Below are positions 23,573 to 35,489 of a DNA stretch of 64,000 nucleotides, one piece after another. The notes beneath the pieces were generated by a model, which did not search any database, was not told where the DNA came from, and saw nothing but the letters and a program-made list of their open reading frames with translations. Origin of the DNA: Squalus acanthias (taxonomy: Eukaryota); assembly GCA_030390025.1 (NCBI GenBank), contig CM059432.1:80292001-80356000 (forward strand). The letters run 5' to 3'. Within the stretch, counting starts at the first letter, position 1; each line of letters opens with the position of its first letter. A program made the position numbers and the translations under genes.

Positions 23573-25540
23573 GTTGTTTTGGTGCGATCAACTATAACTG
23601 TAACTTAACAAAAATACAACAAATGAAACTTAACAAATTAAATTAAAATTTGGTTTCCAGGGGTGATGATGCACTCCAGTCCCTACGGTGCCCACCGGTC
23701 GCGGAAGGCCTCGAGCGTGCCGGCGGACACCGCGTGCTCCATCTCCAGAGCTACCCATGCGCGAACGTGGCCACGGAAGAGAGGCAGGCAGTCGGGCCGA
23801 ACGACCCCCTCGACCGCCCGCTGCCTGGACCAGTTAATGGCCACTTTGGCCAGGCCCAGGAGCAGTCCTACGAGGAGGTCCTCCGATCTGTCCGCTCTCC
23901 TCCACACCGGGTGACCAAAGATCAGGAGCGTGGGACTGAAGTGCAGCCAAAAATCGAGGAGCAGCCCCTTCAAATAGTGGAAGAGGGGCTGCAACCTCTC
24001 ACAATCCACATAAACGTGGAACACGGACTCCTCCAGGCCGCAGAAAAGGCAGGCAGCCTGGGAGTCCGTGAACCTACTTAAAACCTTATTGCACGGGACT
24101 GCTCCGTGCAACACCCTCCAGGCCAAGTCCCCAATAGATAAAGGGAGAACTCCTGCGTAGAGAGCCCTCCATTGGGGACCCCCGCCCATCCGGACGGCAA
24201 GATGGTGAGCCAAGGCGTGTCCAGACGGCAGACGAGGATGGCAAAATGGAAAGTGTACAGGAGCAGCCCGTACAGGAAATCCCTTCGTGCAGAACGAAAA
24301 GGCACGGAGGGCATTTCCACAAGACGGCTCAAGATGTGAGGCGCCGGCTCCCATGAGGGGTTTCGGGGCCGGGCGCCGATGAGGAATTCTGTCCGAACTG
24401 GGGTCAGTTCAAACGGGATCACCCCACGTGCTTGAGCCTCCTCGATACACCTAGTGGAGTCAGGGCCCAGTGCCACTTTCAGCGACGTCGATGGCTTTGG
24501 CCGCAAGCCGGACGTTGGCCCAGGACAGGCGCTACGCCAGCTCCTCCGGCGCCATCCAACCCACTCCTCTGCCATCGAGTAGGTCCCCAATTCTAGTCAC
24601 CTTGCCAGGCACGGCCCTGCCCTCCGCCAGCCACCCGAACCCGCTGTCGTGGAGGTGCGGATTCCTGAGCAGCGGCTCCCGAAGGACAGCCGCCACTCCT
24701 GACAGGGGAGAACTCTGTCTGCAGGCGACCTTGTTCCAGACCCATAGCAGTTCCTGGTAGAAGACAGGCAGCTCCCGCAAGCAGGCCCGGGTACTGCCCA
24801 GTTTCACAAACAGGAGCTGCGTGTCGTAATTGAGGCTGTGCAGCTGGCGGAAGAAATACGTCGCCAGCGCACACCATCGAGGAGGATCCTCGCTGTACAG
24901 GTATCTCTGCAGGGTTCGAAGATGGAAAGTCGCAGCCTGGGTGCGAAGGCACACCAGCGCCTGACCGCCTTCCCTAAGCGGGAGACTCAGAACCGCAGCA
25001 GAGACCCAGTGCTTCCTTTTGTCCCAGAAGAAGTCGATGAACTTCTTTTGTATCTTGGCGACAAACGCAGGGGGAAGGATAAAAGTGACCAACTGGTACC
25101 ACAACATGGTGGCCACCAGTTGATTTATGACCAGCGCTCGACCCCTGTAGGACAGCACTCAGAGCAGTCCTGTCCAGCGTCCTAGGCGAGCGGTGACTTT
25201 GGCCTCCAGCTCTTGCCAGTTCACTGGCCAGGCGTCCTCGGCAGGGCTAAGGTTGACTCCCAAGTAGAGGAGAGGAGTGGTACTCCAGGCAAAAGGCCGG
25301 AGCTCCTCCAGCAGGGAGTCCACCCACCACTGACCCACCAGGAGTCTGGAACATTTCTCCCAGTTGATCTTGGCGAAGGATGCGTCCGAGTAAACCTGCT
25401 GGCACTCGTGTATCCTCCGCAAGTCAACGGGATCCGTGACCATGGGGAGCACGTCATCGGCGTAAGCCGAGAGGACGACCTCCACGCCCGGCCCTTGCAG
25501 AGCCAGTCCTGTCAATCTCTTCTGCAAGAGGTGCAGGAAA
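23573..25540 (-). mobile_element. Tx1-clade (L1 group) LINE, 3' half of ORF2
   Basis: 'LSAYADD', 'YLGV', 'LSYRGRALVINQL', CCHC knuckle 'CLFCGLEESVFHVYVDC', 'FRDRWAP'; T-rich 3' UTR. Confidence 0.9.
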
Positions 25541-25548
25541 TTTTCTTA

Positions 25549-25675
25549 GATACTGAACTTAATGTGGATGCCTGATCAGCATAGTCCGCTGCAGCCCAGA
25601 ACTCCTGACCTCAAGCAATCCTACAGTCTCAGCCTCCGAGCAGCCGGATTACAGGCGCGTGCCACCGCACCTGGC
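25549..25675 (-). pseudogene. RN7SL: 7SL (SRP) RNA 5' portion, retrocopied and fused to Tx1
   Basis: Minus strand reads GCCAGGTGCGGTGGCACGCGCCTGTAATCC...GGAGGCTGAG...TTGAGGTCAGGAGTTCTGGGCTGCAGCGGACTATGCTGATCAGGCATCCACATTAAGTTCAGTATC, colinear with nt 1 to about 130 of vertebrate 7SL. Confidence 0.9.
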
Positions 25676-25990
25676 CTATTTCCAGTGATTAAGAGATCTA
25701 GAACAAGGGGACAATGCTATAAAATTAAATGTAAGAGATTTAGGATCGAGAGCGGGAGAAATGTTTTCACACAGAGGGTTGTGAGGCTATACACTACCAG
25801 GGATAGTGATTGAAACAGATACCATGACAACATTTAAGAATGGGTTGGATTGGTGGTTGAAGAAATAGAAATAAAAGAATTTGGGAACAGAGCGCACAGG
25901 GGATTACAGTTACTGTTCATGTGAAGGGTAAACACCAACATGCACTGGTTGGGCTGAATGGCCTGTTTCCATGTTGTAATATCTATGCAA
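25676..25990 (+). mobile_element. Old CR1 3' end (host of the 7SL-Tx1 insertion; left remnant 23535-23572)
   Basis: 'LFPVIKRSRTRGQCYKI...FTQRVVRL' and 3' UTR GGGCTGAATGGCCTG. Confidence 0.75.
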
Positions 25991-26967
25991 ATTCCTCCTT
26001 TAACACGGTCCATAAAACATACCTCTTTGATCAAGCTTTTCTTCACCTCTCCTAATAGCTCCTTTGGCTCTACATTTTTTGGCTAGACTCTGAAGCACTT
26101 TGAGATTTTTTCTACCTTAAAGGTACTATGTAAATGCAGTAGTAGTAGTTGTTTGAAGCATTGTTTTCGTTTTAGAAAGTTCTGTTCCTGTAGTAAAGCT
26201 ACTTCTGGCATTGAATATCTTTACTACAGAAATATTAGTGTTTTTCCAGCATTTGAAAGCTTGCAAAACTAAAACTTACAAAATTGTCCGACCTAGGGAG
26301 CGTCATATCTCAGTGGCTGTCTGAAGATTAAAGGACCAGCTAGTCAGAATTTGCAGTTAACTAGGTTCGGTTATTTATAAATTAACATGAAACGCCTTAG
26401 GCACTTTTTGCCAGTATTGTGTTCTGTTTTTTTTTCACAAAGATTATCAGTAAGGAATACTACACAGTGGGTGTGTACTAAATTGCATCAATTACATTTT
26501 GCATTTTCACTGGTGTGCCATTTTAGAACCAATTAGATTCTGACTACAACAGACTAATTTACATTCTAAGATTGCCGAGAATGCATGAAAGTATATATAT
26601 GTATAAATGTGCCGTTTAAACTAGGTTGCTACATTGCGCCACTTAGCTCATCACAGAAATATTTCTTAGAAAAACGGAATGGAAATGAAGCAGATAAGTA
26701 AGTACCTTAAAGGGATTTTTTTGTAAGCCTTGTCTGACATCTTGCTTAAATCAAGAACAAAATTGTTGATTTGCAATCTTACCATATTAAATCCTTTGGA
26801 CAATGGCATATGTCTCTTATTCGCGATGTGTCTGTTCATTTTACACAACTAAGTACAATATATAGAATGGCTCCCTGTTCGCACAGGTCCATCTGTAAGT
26901 AACTACATTCAGCGTTCAATATCATAGTGCACTGGTATCCAATAATATACGTTACTTCCCAAGGTTA

Positions 26968-27282
26968 GGCAACACGGTGGCATAGTGGTTAGCACTGTTG
27001 CCTCACAGCGCCAGGGACCCGGGTTCGAATCCGGCCTCGGGTGACTGTCTGTGTGGAGTTTGCACATTCTCCCTGTGTCTGCGTGGGTTTCCTCCGGGTG
27101 CTCCAGTTTCCTCCCACAGTCCAAAGATGTGCGGGTTAGGTTCATTTGGCTATGATAAATTGACCCTTAGTGTTAGGGGGTTAAATACGTGGGGTTACGG
27201 GGATAGGGTGGGATATGTGTCGGTGCAGGCTCGATGGGCCGAAATGGCCTCTATCTGCACTGTGGGGATTCTGTGATTCTGT
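26968..27282 (+). mobile_element. tRNA-derived V-SINE (HE1-like) with CR1-derived tail
   Basis: A box TGGCATAGTGG, B box GGTTCGAATCC, V-domain TGTGTGGAGTTTGCAC...GTGGGTTTCCTCCGGGTGCTCC, tail GGGCCGAAATGGCCT...ATTCTGTGATTCTG. Confidence 0.9.
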
Positions 27283-27586
27283 TTGATGCATTTTATGATT
27301 TGACACATTGTAATGAACAACCGGGAGATTCATGCTATTGTGCTACAATTTGGTTCACCCAACAGCTGTTACATTTTACCACTTGTCAGATCTAACATAA
27401 CTCCAATTTCTTTTCAGCAAATACGAAAATGCTTGACTTTTTGTTTGTTTCTACCTAAACTTACACAATATCCCAATTGAAGGGGTAGTATTTGAAAACT
27501 AATAATGTTAATTAAGTTAAACTTTACTTCTGAATGAATGTAATACGTATTTTAAACGCATTTAAATTAAACACACGTTTAAAATA

Positions 27587-27910
27587 CATAGAATCATGAA
27601 AGGATACAGCACAGAAGAAGGCCATTTGGCCCATCGTGCCTGTGCTGGCTCTTTGAAAGTCCCAATTAGTCCCACTCCCCTGCTCTTTCCCCATAGTAAT
27701 TTTTTCCCTTCAGGCAGTTTAAAAGTTACTATTGAATCTGCTTCCACCACCCTTTCAGGCCGTGTATTCAAGATATCAACTACTCGGTGCATAAAAAAAT
27801 GCTTTCTCATGTCGCCTCTGGTTCTTTTGCTAATTCCCTTAAATCTGTGTCCTCTGGTTACCGACCCTTCTGCCACTGGAAACAGTTTCTCCTTATTTGC
27901 TCTACTAAAA
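27587..27910 (-). mobile_element. CR1 3' end
   Basis: Reverse 'EKLFPVAEGSVTRGHRFK' and CATAGAATCAT tail. Confidence 0.85.
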
Positions 27911-27916
27911 CATGAT

Positions 27917-28663
27917 GGCCCAGATTTTCTGGGGCCTATGACCGCGTACGCACCTCGCAAGTTCTGGGTTTACGTATGCGAAGCGCATGCACGAAAACCC
28001 GGAACTTACGATCTGTCAAGCATCTTCTTGACAGATCCTCCGCATCCCCGGGAAATGGACATTCGCTGGCGGAGAGTTGGGCTATTTGCCCAACTCATGC
28101 CCAGCGAATACCCATGAAACTCTTACGCCCGGTAAAAGCAGGCATAAGGCCTTCTTTTACCAGTGTAATGGTGAAAATAAATATTAAAATAACATTTTAA
28201 AATAATTTTAACGTTCAAAAACCTATAAAATAGGTTTGTGTTATTTTTGGCCCCTTGAAAAATGTTTAAATTTATTTTTCAAAAAAATAATTTTTATTTT
28301 AAATGTTTAATTAAATTGTATTTTAATTAATTTTAAACATGTAATGATTTTTTAAAAATTCAATTTTGTTAAAATGTATTTTTATGTCATTCCTATTATG
28401 CTTATGGGGATTCTGTACGTAAATGGAATCTCCATAAGCATAATGGGAATCCCACTTTCTGATTGGTTGGGCCGGCCCACGTGATCCCAGGGGCGCTTGC
28501 GAACCGCCTGCACTCCTGGGATACGTGGGCCTCTACACATGCCTACGTATAGAGGCCCAGGAGCGCGAGTCTCCGTGGATCCAGGACCATCAGATAGATT
28601 CATAGTTTTATTGCGGTTCGGAGGCATTCGCCCCCGGGAAGCCTCCGAGCGCAATTTCAGGCC
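27917..28663. mobile_element. Harbinger-type MITE
   Basis: TIRs GGCCCAGATTTTC / GCAATTTCAGGCC flanked by TGAT direct repeats; AT-rich core; ATCCCAGG...CCTGGGAT hairpin. Confidence 0.75.
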
Positions 28664-28689
28664 TGATATATAAATGCGATTTTTACATT

Positions 28690-31575
28690 ATAACAAATCT
28701 GGTCTATCTTCCTCTGGAGATCTTCCCTCCATGGCCTCCAACCTCATAGTCCCCCAACCCTGCACTGCCCGCTTCTACCTCATTCCCAAGATCCACAAAC
28801 AGAACTGCCCTGGTAGACCCATCATTTCAGCCTCTTTTTGCCCCACAGAACTGATTACTTCCTATCTCAACTCTAATTTTTCTCCCCTTGTCCAGTCTCT
28901 TCCCATCTAGATCCGCAACTCTTCTGACGCCCTCCGCCACTTTAACAGTTTCCAGTTTCCTGGCCCTAATCATCTCCTTTTCACTGTGGACATCCAGTCC
29001 CTCTACACCTCCATCCCCCACCAGGACGACCTGAAGGTGCTCCGCTTCTTCCTTGAACGGATGCCTAACCAGTCCCCATCCACCACCGCCCTCCTCCGCC
29101 TGGCTGAACTTCGTCTCATGTTGAACAACTTCTCCTTTCCACTCACTTCCTCCAAATAAAAGTTGTTGCTATGAGAAACCATATGGGTCCTAGCTATGCT
29201 TGCCTTTTCGTGGAATATGTGGAACATTCTTGTTCCAGTCCTTCTCAGGTCCCCTCCTTCAACTCTTCTTTCATTGATGACTGTATCGGTGCTGTTTCCT
29301 GCTCTCGCCCCGAACTGGAATTTTTAAAATCAACTTTGCTTCCAATTTCCACTCCCATTTTTACATGGTCCAACTCTGACACTTCCTTTCTCTTCCTCGA
29401 TTTCTCTGTCTCCATTTCTGGGGATAGGCTATCGGCCAATATGCACGATAAGCCCACTGACTCCCACAGCTACCTTGACTACACTTCCTCCCACCCCGCT
29501 TCCTGTAAGGACTCTATTCGATTCTCCCAGTTTCTCTGTCTCCGTCGCATCTGTTTCATCGATGCCACCTTCCATACTAGTGCTTCCGATATGTCTTCCT
29601 TTTTACTCAACCGAGGATTCCCCTCCACCGTGGTTGACACGGCCCTTGACCGTGTCCATTTCATTTCCCGCACTTCTGCTCGCACCCCTTCCCCTCCTTC
29701 CCAAAACCATGATAGGGTTCCCCTAGTCCTCCTTTCACCCCACCAGCTCCACATTTAACGTATCATCCTCTGCCATTTTTGCCACCTGCAGCGTGATCCC
29801 ACCACCAAACACATCTTCCCCTCCCTTCCCCTTTCAGCATTCCGAAGGGACCGTTCCCTCCGTGAAATCCTGGTCCACTCCTCTATCACCCCCAACACCC
29901 ACTCCCCTTCCCACGGCACCTTCCCGTGCAAGCACAGGAGATGCAACACCTGCCCTTTTACACCCTCCCTTCCCATTGTCCAGGGCCCCAAGCACTCCTT
30001 CCAGGTGAAACAGCGATTTACTTGTACTTCTTGCATTTTAGTATTCTGTATTCGCTGCTCACGATGCAGTCTCCTCTACATTGGGTACACTCAATGCAAA
30101 TTGGGTGACTGCTTTATGGAACACCTCCATTCAGTCTGCAAGCGTGACCCTGAGCTTCCGGTCGCTTGTCATTTTAATTCTCCACCCCTCTCCCACTCTG
30201 TCCTTGGCCTCCTACACTGTTCCAATGAAGCTCAACTTAAGCTCGAGGAACAGCACCTTATTTTTCTATTTGGCACTTTACAGCCTTCTGGACTCAACAT
30301 TGAGTTCAACAATTTCAGATCATAACCTCTGCCCCCATTTTTTTGGATGGCAGCTGTTGCTGATGATTCTGATATTCCCATTTACATTTCCTCTAGACCC
30401 ATCTTTAGTTTCTTTACTTGTCCCATTACTGCAACTCCTCAGATAATGCCTGCATGCAGCAAGACCTGGACAACATTCAGACTTGGGCTGATAAGTGGCA
30501 AGTAACATTTGCACCACCCAAGTGCCAGGCAATGACCATCCCCAACAAGCGAGAGTCTAACCACCGCCCCATGACATTTAATGGCATTACCATCGCCGAA
30601 TCCCCCACCATCAACATCCTGGGGTCACCATTGACCAGAAACTTAACTGGACCAGCCACATAAATACTGTGGCTACAAGAGCATGTCAGAGGCTGGGTAT
30701 TCTGTGGCGAGTGCATCACCTCCTGACACCCCAAAGCCTTTCCACCATCTACAAGGCACAAGTAAGGAGTGTGATGGAATATTCTCCGCTTGCCTGGATG
30801 AATGCAGCTCCAACAACACACAAGAGGCTCGACACCATCCAGGACAAAGCAGCCCACTTGATTGGCACCCCATCCACCACCTTAAATATTCACTCGCTTC
30901 ACCACTGGTGCACCGTGGCTGCAGTGTGTAGCATGTACAAGATGCACTGCAGCAACTCACCAAGGCTTCTTCGGCAGACCTCCCAAACCGGTGACCTCTA
31001 CCGCCTAGAAGGACAAGGGCAGCAGGTGCATGGGAATACCATCACCTCCAAGTTCCCCTCCATGTCACACAGCATCCTGACTTGGAAGTATATCGCCGAT
31101 CCTTCATAGTCGCTGGGTCAAAATCCTGGAACTCCCTCCCTAACAGCACTGTGGGAGTACCTTCACCACACGGACTGCAGTGGTTCAAGAAGGCAGCTCA
31201 CCATCACCTTCTCAAGGGCAGTTGGGGATGGGCAATAAATGCTGGCCTTGCCAGCGACGCCCACATCCCATGAACGAATAAAAAATAGTCCTTTCGCCTT
31301 GAACCATCATCCCTTTCGTCATTCAATCTCTCCTGTCTTCCACCCTATCACAGACCTTCCGTTTTGTTGTTTCCTCCCCTCCCCCCTTTCCCTGCCTCTG
31401 TACTTGATTAAAACCTGCTACAACTCTTAACTTTTTCCAGTTCTGATAAAAGGTTTTCTTCCTGAAACGTTAACTAGGTTTCTCTCTCCACAGATGCTGC
31501 CTGGCCTCCTGAGTATCTCCAGCATTTTCTGTTTTTATTTCAGATTTCCAGCATCGCAGCATTTTGCTTTTGTAT
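28690..31575 (+). mobile_element. Penelope-like element (RT + GIY-YIG), degraded, with nested LINE
   Basis: 'FYLIPKIHK...GRPII', 'MGPSYACLF', 'FIDD', 'FLD', 'KPTDSHSYLDY', 'CIRCSRCSLLYIG', 'EEQHLIF...LQPSGLN'; terminal hammerhead-like motif at 31437-31476. Confidence 0.9.
30431..31286 (+). mobile_element. Second-family CR1/L2-group LINE 3' part nested in Penelope
   Basis: Near-identical to 11487-12110 plus 13720-13968; ends GAACGAATAAAAAA. Confidence 0.88.
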
Positions 31576-31849
31576 TAATAAAATCTTATTCGGGTTAAGA
31601 TTACCCTTCTATCCAGATTTCTGATTTTTAATGCATTTTGCATTTCAGAACTCTCAACTTTTCGCTGATCCTTCTCAGAGCTCTCCCTACCAGTTTAGAC
31701 ATTCTGAGGATTGCCAGAAATCCCTGACATCTTTCTCCAGTTAATGTACGGTCAGTACAGAACCAGGGCTGAGAGCAGATTTCATGGAAACATTGTCGAT
31801 GTTCAGAGCATGCAATTTGCACAGTGCTGTGAAACAAGAGTGCGCTTTG

Positions 31850-32268
31850 AACGACACTTGTGTCGCACGCTACAGTTTCCAAGGTTGTTTTCCTTTCCTC
31901 TTTCCTGATACCGCGGGGCGGGTCACATGGAAGTTTTTGATGAATGTGTAAATGGATCAGCGCCTTTCCCACAGTTTATTCCATGTGGCTGCTTCCCGCA
32001 GTATTTAGTGAACAGGGACCGCCCCCCCCCCCAACTCCTTGATTTATTCGAGTCGCCCAGCTGACGGGACCCCCCTCCTCCCTCTTAAACATTAAGCTCA
32101 AACACGCCGAAATCTGAGGAAAACAATGTTCATTTTCCCTCCTGTTGACGGATTGATCTCCCTGAAGTGACGAGGAAAAAACTTTTTTTTTAAAGGGAAA
32201 CGAAGCAGTGGTAACAAGGGAGCGAGCGGCTGGTACTGGATTCCATAAACAGGTATCGCTGAAGTAAA
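31850..32268 (+). promoter_or_regulatory. PREX2: Probable PREX2 promoter / 5' UTR
   Basis: Repeat-free and CpG-enriched. GC boxes GGGGCGGG (31915-31922) and CCGCCCCC (about 32019), E-box GTCACATG (31922-31929), several TGACG half-sites. TSS not determinable. Confidence 0.6.
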
Positions 32269-32412
32269 ATGACCGAAGAGGGAAAGTCGGAGAGTAAAGG
32301 AGAAATTAGCGGCAAGGATTTGGAGAAGCAGCTTCGTCTTCGAGTTTGTGTTTTGACTGAAATCCTGAAGACCGAGAAGGATTATGTGGAGACACTGGAG
32401 TTTCTCGTCTCC
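32269..32412 (+). CDS. PREX2: PREX2 (PIP3-dependent Rac exchanger 2) first coding exon, start of DH domain
   Basis: [48 protein letters not shown] matches recalled human PREX2 (..[34 protein letters not shown]). Phase-0 GTAAGT donor at 32413 right after FLVS. The short N-terminus favours PREX2 over PREX1. Confidence 0.92.
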
Positions 32413-34369
32413 GTAAGTTTACGAACATTTGTATGTTTACTTTTTAAATGATCTCTTTTCTAACTTGAACGCGTTTCGTGGACCTGTTTAAGGCACAGCT
32501 GTATTCATGTGTGTTTTTGTCAAGTTAGTCTGAGTATCACAACACTCTTCAATAACTGAGATGCGGCAGTGAAGTTTGGATCAAGTTGAATGATAACGTT
32601 CTCTCAAACCCTATTCTTAATTCGTTGATAAGCCATGTGAAAGTTTATGAATCTCGCTGGACGTCTGTTATAATCAGATCATTGAATTCTTGAATATTGA
32701 TTGGCGAATCGTTGGAAGAGTAATAATCTGTCACGTATTTAATTTTGCGTACATCAATGAAGTATAACTATGTGAGCGAAGGCAGAATGTATCCACCGTT
32801 TGATCATTTCTGAAGACCCCCCTCCCCCATTAACAGTATTGCAGAAAAACTTCTGGCCTGGTTACAAGTCCAAACACGTTGCTCATCATACAGCGATACC
32901 TGTAAACGCCAGTCTGTGCCCCACGACACATCGCGGCACAACTTCTTTCTTACTTTTTTGAGCGCCAATTAAACGCATGATTTGGTCCGGATTTTCTTGC
33001 TGGGATAGTTAAGGTTTTGTGTTTACCGTCTCAATGGGCTCTAACAGTTAGATTTCTGACCGCTGTGGCCGGCGTCGTGCACAGCTTTCCCCCATGTGGT
33101 TGAATGTCCTGATCAGCTTCATAATTCAGAGCAGCAGTCCTGCTGTTCCACATTATGGGAATGACAACCCAGTCTGCAGAATAAACAAAGTTCAGGTGCC
33201 TTTTAAGAACTAACGAAAATGCCAACAAGGTTTTATCAGTAGAAACTGTGCAGCTGGTGAGTAAGTTCGCACAGTACAATGAGTAGCCCTGCGGGAAATG
33301 CTTGGAAAAGGCGATTTAGCTTTTCTGTGATTAGAGAGGAAATGACGCGAATCCCGGGAATTCGGTGCCTATTTATATAAACTTTATTTCCTGATTTAAG
33401 GGAGCCCCGAGGGACTAGGAAAGAGACCAAACAATGGGCTGCGAAATGGTTGGTATCCTGAAGGAAAAGTACAAAACAAAACGAGATTTCTTTTTTGGAA
33501 GCTTTTAACTGCCTTGTAAATTTCTGAGATAACATGATCATATAGTTGAGTGACATTATATAGTATTAACAACAATTTAGAATGCCATGTGCTGTTAAGG
33601 TGGGGGAGAACCGATTTTCAACGACACTGTCTAATAAATCAGCAGAAAAAAATCTGGTTGGACAATTTAGGCATTCAATTTACATCGTTAAAGTTGCAGT
33701 GTTAAACTGGCCCACTCACAAAATTAACATCATAATACTTGCAAACTGATACGTGTGTCGGCACTGCAAAGCCAGGTACTTGTATATCCTGCTACAAATA
33801 AACCTGGCAACAGATTCATATCCAGTCAGTGAGAGAACAGGATTTGACGTGGGTCTGACTTTCTGATTGGATAGTTAGATCTTGCCTAAACAGTCAGATA
33901 ATTAGATGTTTCAGAAACTTGCCACATATATCTACATAAAAAGTTACATTAGAACACAATTCCTGTCAGTTTCCCATGATAAATTCCCATGTCCATATTT
34001 ATAACGGAAACTGCCAATGTAAAATTGTCATGCTGTAATTGCACCCACCCACCAGTGGTGGCGCCGTAGCACCTTAGCTTTGTATCTCTTGGCTCCCGAG
34101 TCTGCACTGCAGAGAAATACTCCACGCAACTTTACTTCTCTGCTCCCCAAATTCCTGTATGTTTTTCTATTTAACTAATATAAAATCAAAATATTATAGA
34201 AAATAAGCACAGAATCTGTGAATTTAAAGTGGGGAGTGAATTACATCTGCACACCCTGGTTTAATTATCCATCCCCCTCTAATCCTGCTTCACCTGAACA
34301 AAGTCTACATTTGTCTTGATTGCTTGTGTGCAATGCCATTGAAGATCAACTAGTAATATATTAAAACTC

Positions 34370-35267
34370 TTGACCGTCAAATTGCGATCGGCAGCATAGC
34401 TAAGGAGCACGCCGCCAACCTCCGAAAGAAACCTGGTACGAGGCCCCCTTCGAAAACATGCGTTGTTTCGCTGCAGAATTGTGGTCAGCGTAGTGGCCCA
34501 CGGATCCCAGGGGTGCACTGTGCGTAAGCATACCTGGGATCACATGGGCCGGTGCTCCAATCAGGAAACTGAAATCTCCGCTGACCATTCATGATTTTTT
34601 TAATGCTTAATTTTAGCGGAGGCGATGTAAATATCCTGCTTGTGTGTCTAGGTTTCTTGTGTGCAAAAGTTTCACAGCAGGGAAATTGCATTTCATTGAT
34701 AGTTTGTTAAATTGGTTCGAATCATGAAAGCCTCAGGGAATAGTCAGCAATGTCATTGGCATTTCAAACAGTTAACCAAAAACGTTAGACGCTTGTTCTT
34801 TTCCTTTTTTTTCTGTGGGTGACCAGTTTTGTGAAATACATCGCAGCTACTGCACAAGGGGCATATTTTTCTAATAAAAACATCCTTGTAATCGTGCTCT
34901 GAAATGTAAAGGACGTCGGTGCTTTGATAGTTTGTTTTACATTTTTATCATTATGAAAATAACTGGTGTATATTTCAAGCTGCTGCATATCCCCCCTCCC
35001 CATACGCTGTGCAACCAGGCTCCTGCGCCTGTTTGCACCAGTCATAAAATGTTCCTGCAAAATTGCTGGGCAGTTGTTAGGCAATTAGCCCAATGCTGCG
35101 GCAATAGTGAGGATTTGACAGTCGCATCGGATGATCTGTCAAGTCGGAACTTGACAGATTGCAAGTTTGGGATTTAGCGGAAATCCAGAATTTGCGGTCA
35201 ATTTCAAAGGCGGTATGATGGCGTACTCTGAGAGTACGGCGTCATACCAACCGCAAATTCTGCCCCA
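34370..35267. mobile_element. Harbinger-type MITE in PREX2 intron 1
   Basis: Ends GACCGTCAAATTGCG / CGCAAATTCTGCCCC; hairpin GATCCCAGG...CCTGGGATC shared with the 17722 and 27917 copies. Confidence 0.6.
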
Positions 35268-35489
35268 ATGTGTCAGTGTGCACGTCCTGTCTACTAAACC
35301 TTACTTCTAATTGTCACGTTTATGTTAAACTATTGAGTCAACAAAGGCCTGGTAGATGATGGTTCAGGTAAGTACGACAAGTATAAGGATATGACAACAT
35401 GGGAAAATAATGATAATGACACATCAGTCTGGAGTGGTAAATTTTATGTATGAATGATAGGAGTCTTCAGAATAAAATAAGAGATTATT

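Noticed and set aside
25549..25675. Human Alu contamination
   Set aside because: The sequence continues into 7SL-specific sequence absent from Alu, and it is enclosed with the Tx1 by a TSD inside a shark-type CR1.
25549..25675. Functional 7SL gene
   Set aside because: Only about 127 of about 300 nt are present; most of the S domain, the 3' strand and the terminator are missing.
26968..27045. tRNA gene
   Set aside because: The A/B boxes continue into a V-domain and CR1 tail, so this is a SINE head.
1..31500. Exons of CPA6, the upstream neighbour of PREX2 in human
   Set aside because: No carboxypeptidase-like peptide was recognised.
34048..34066. CTCF site (CCAGTGGTGGCGCC)
   Set aside because: The core AG and spacing do not fit the consensus well enough to call without data.
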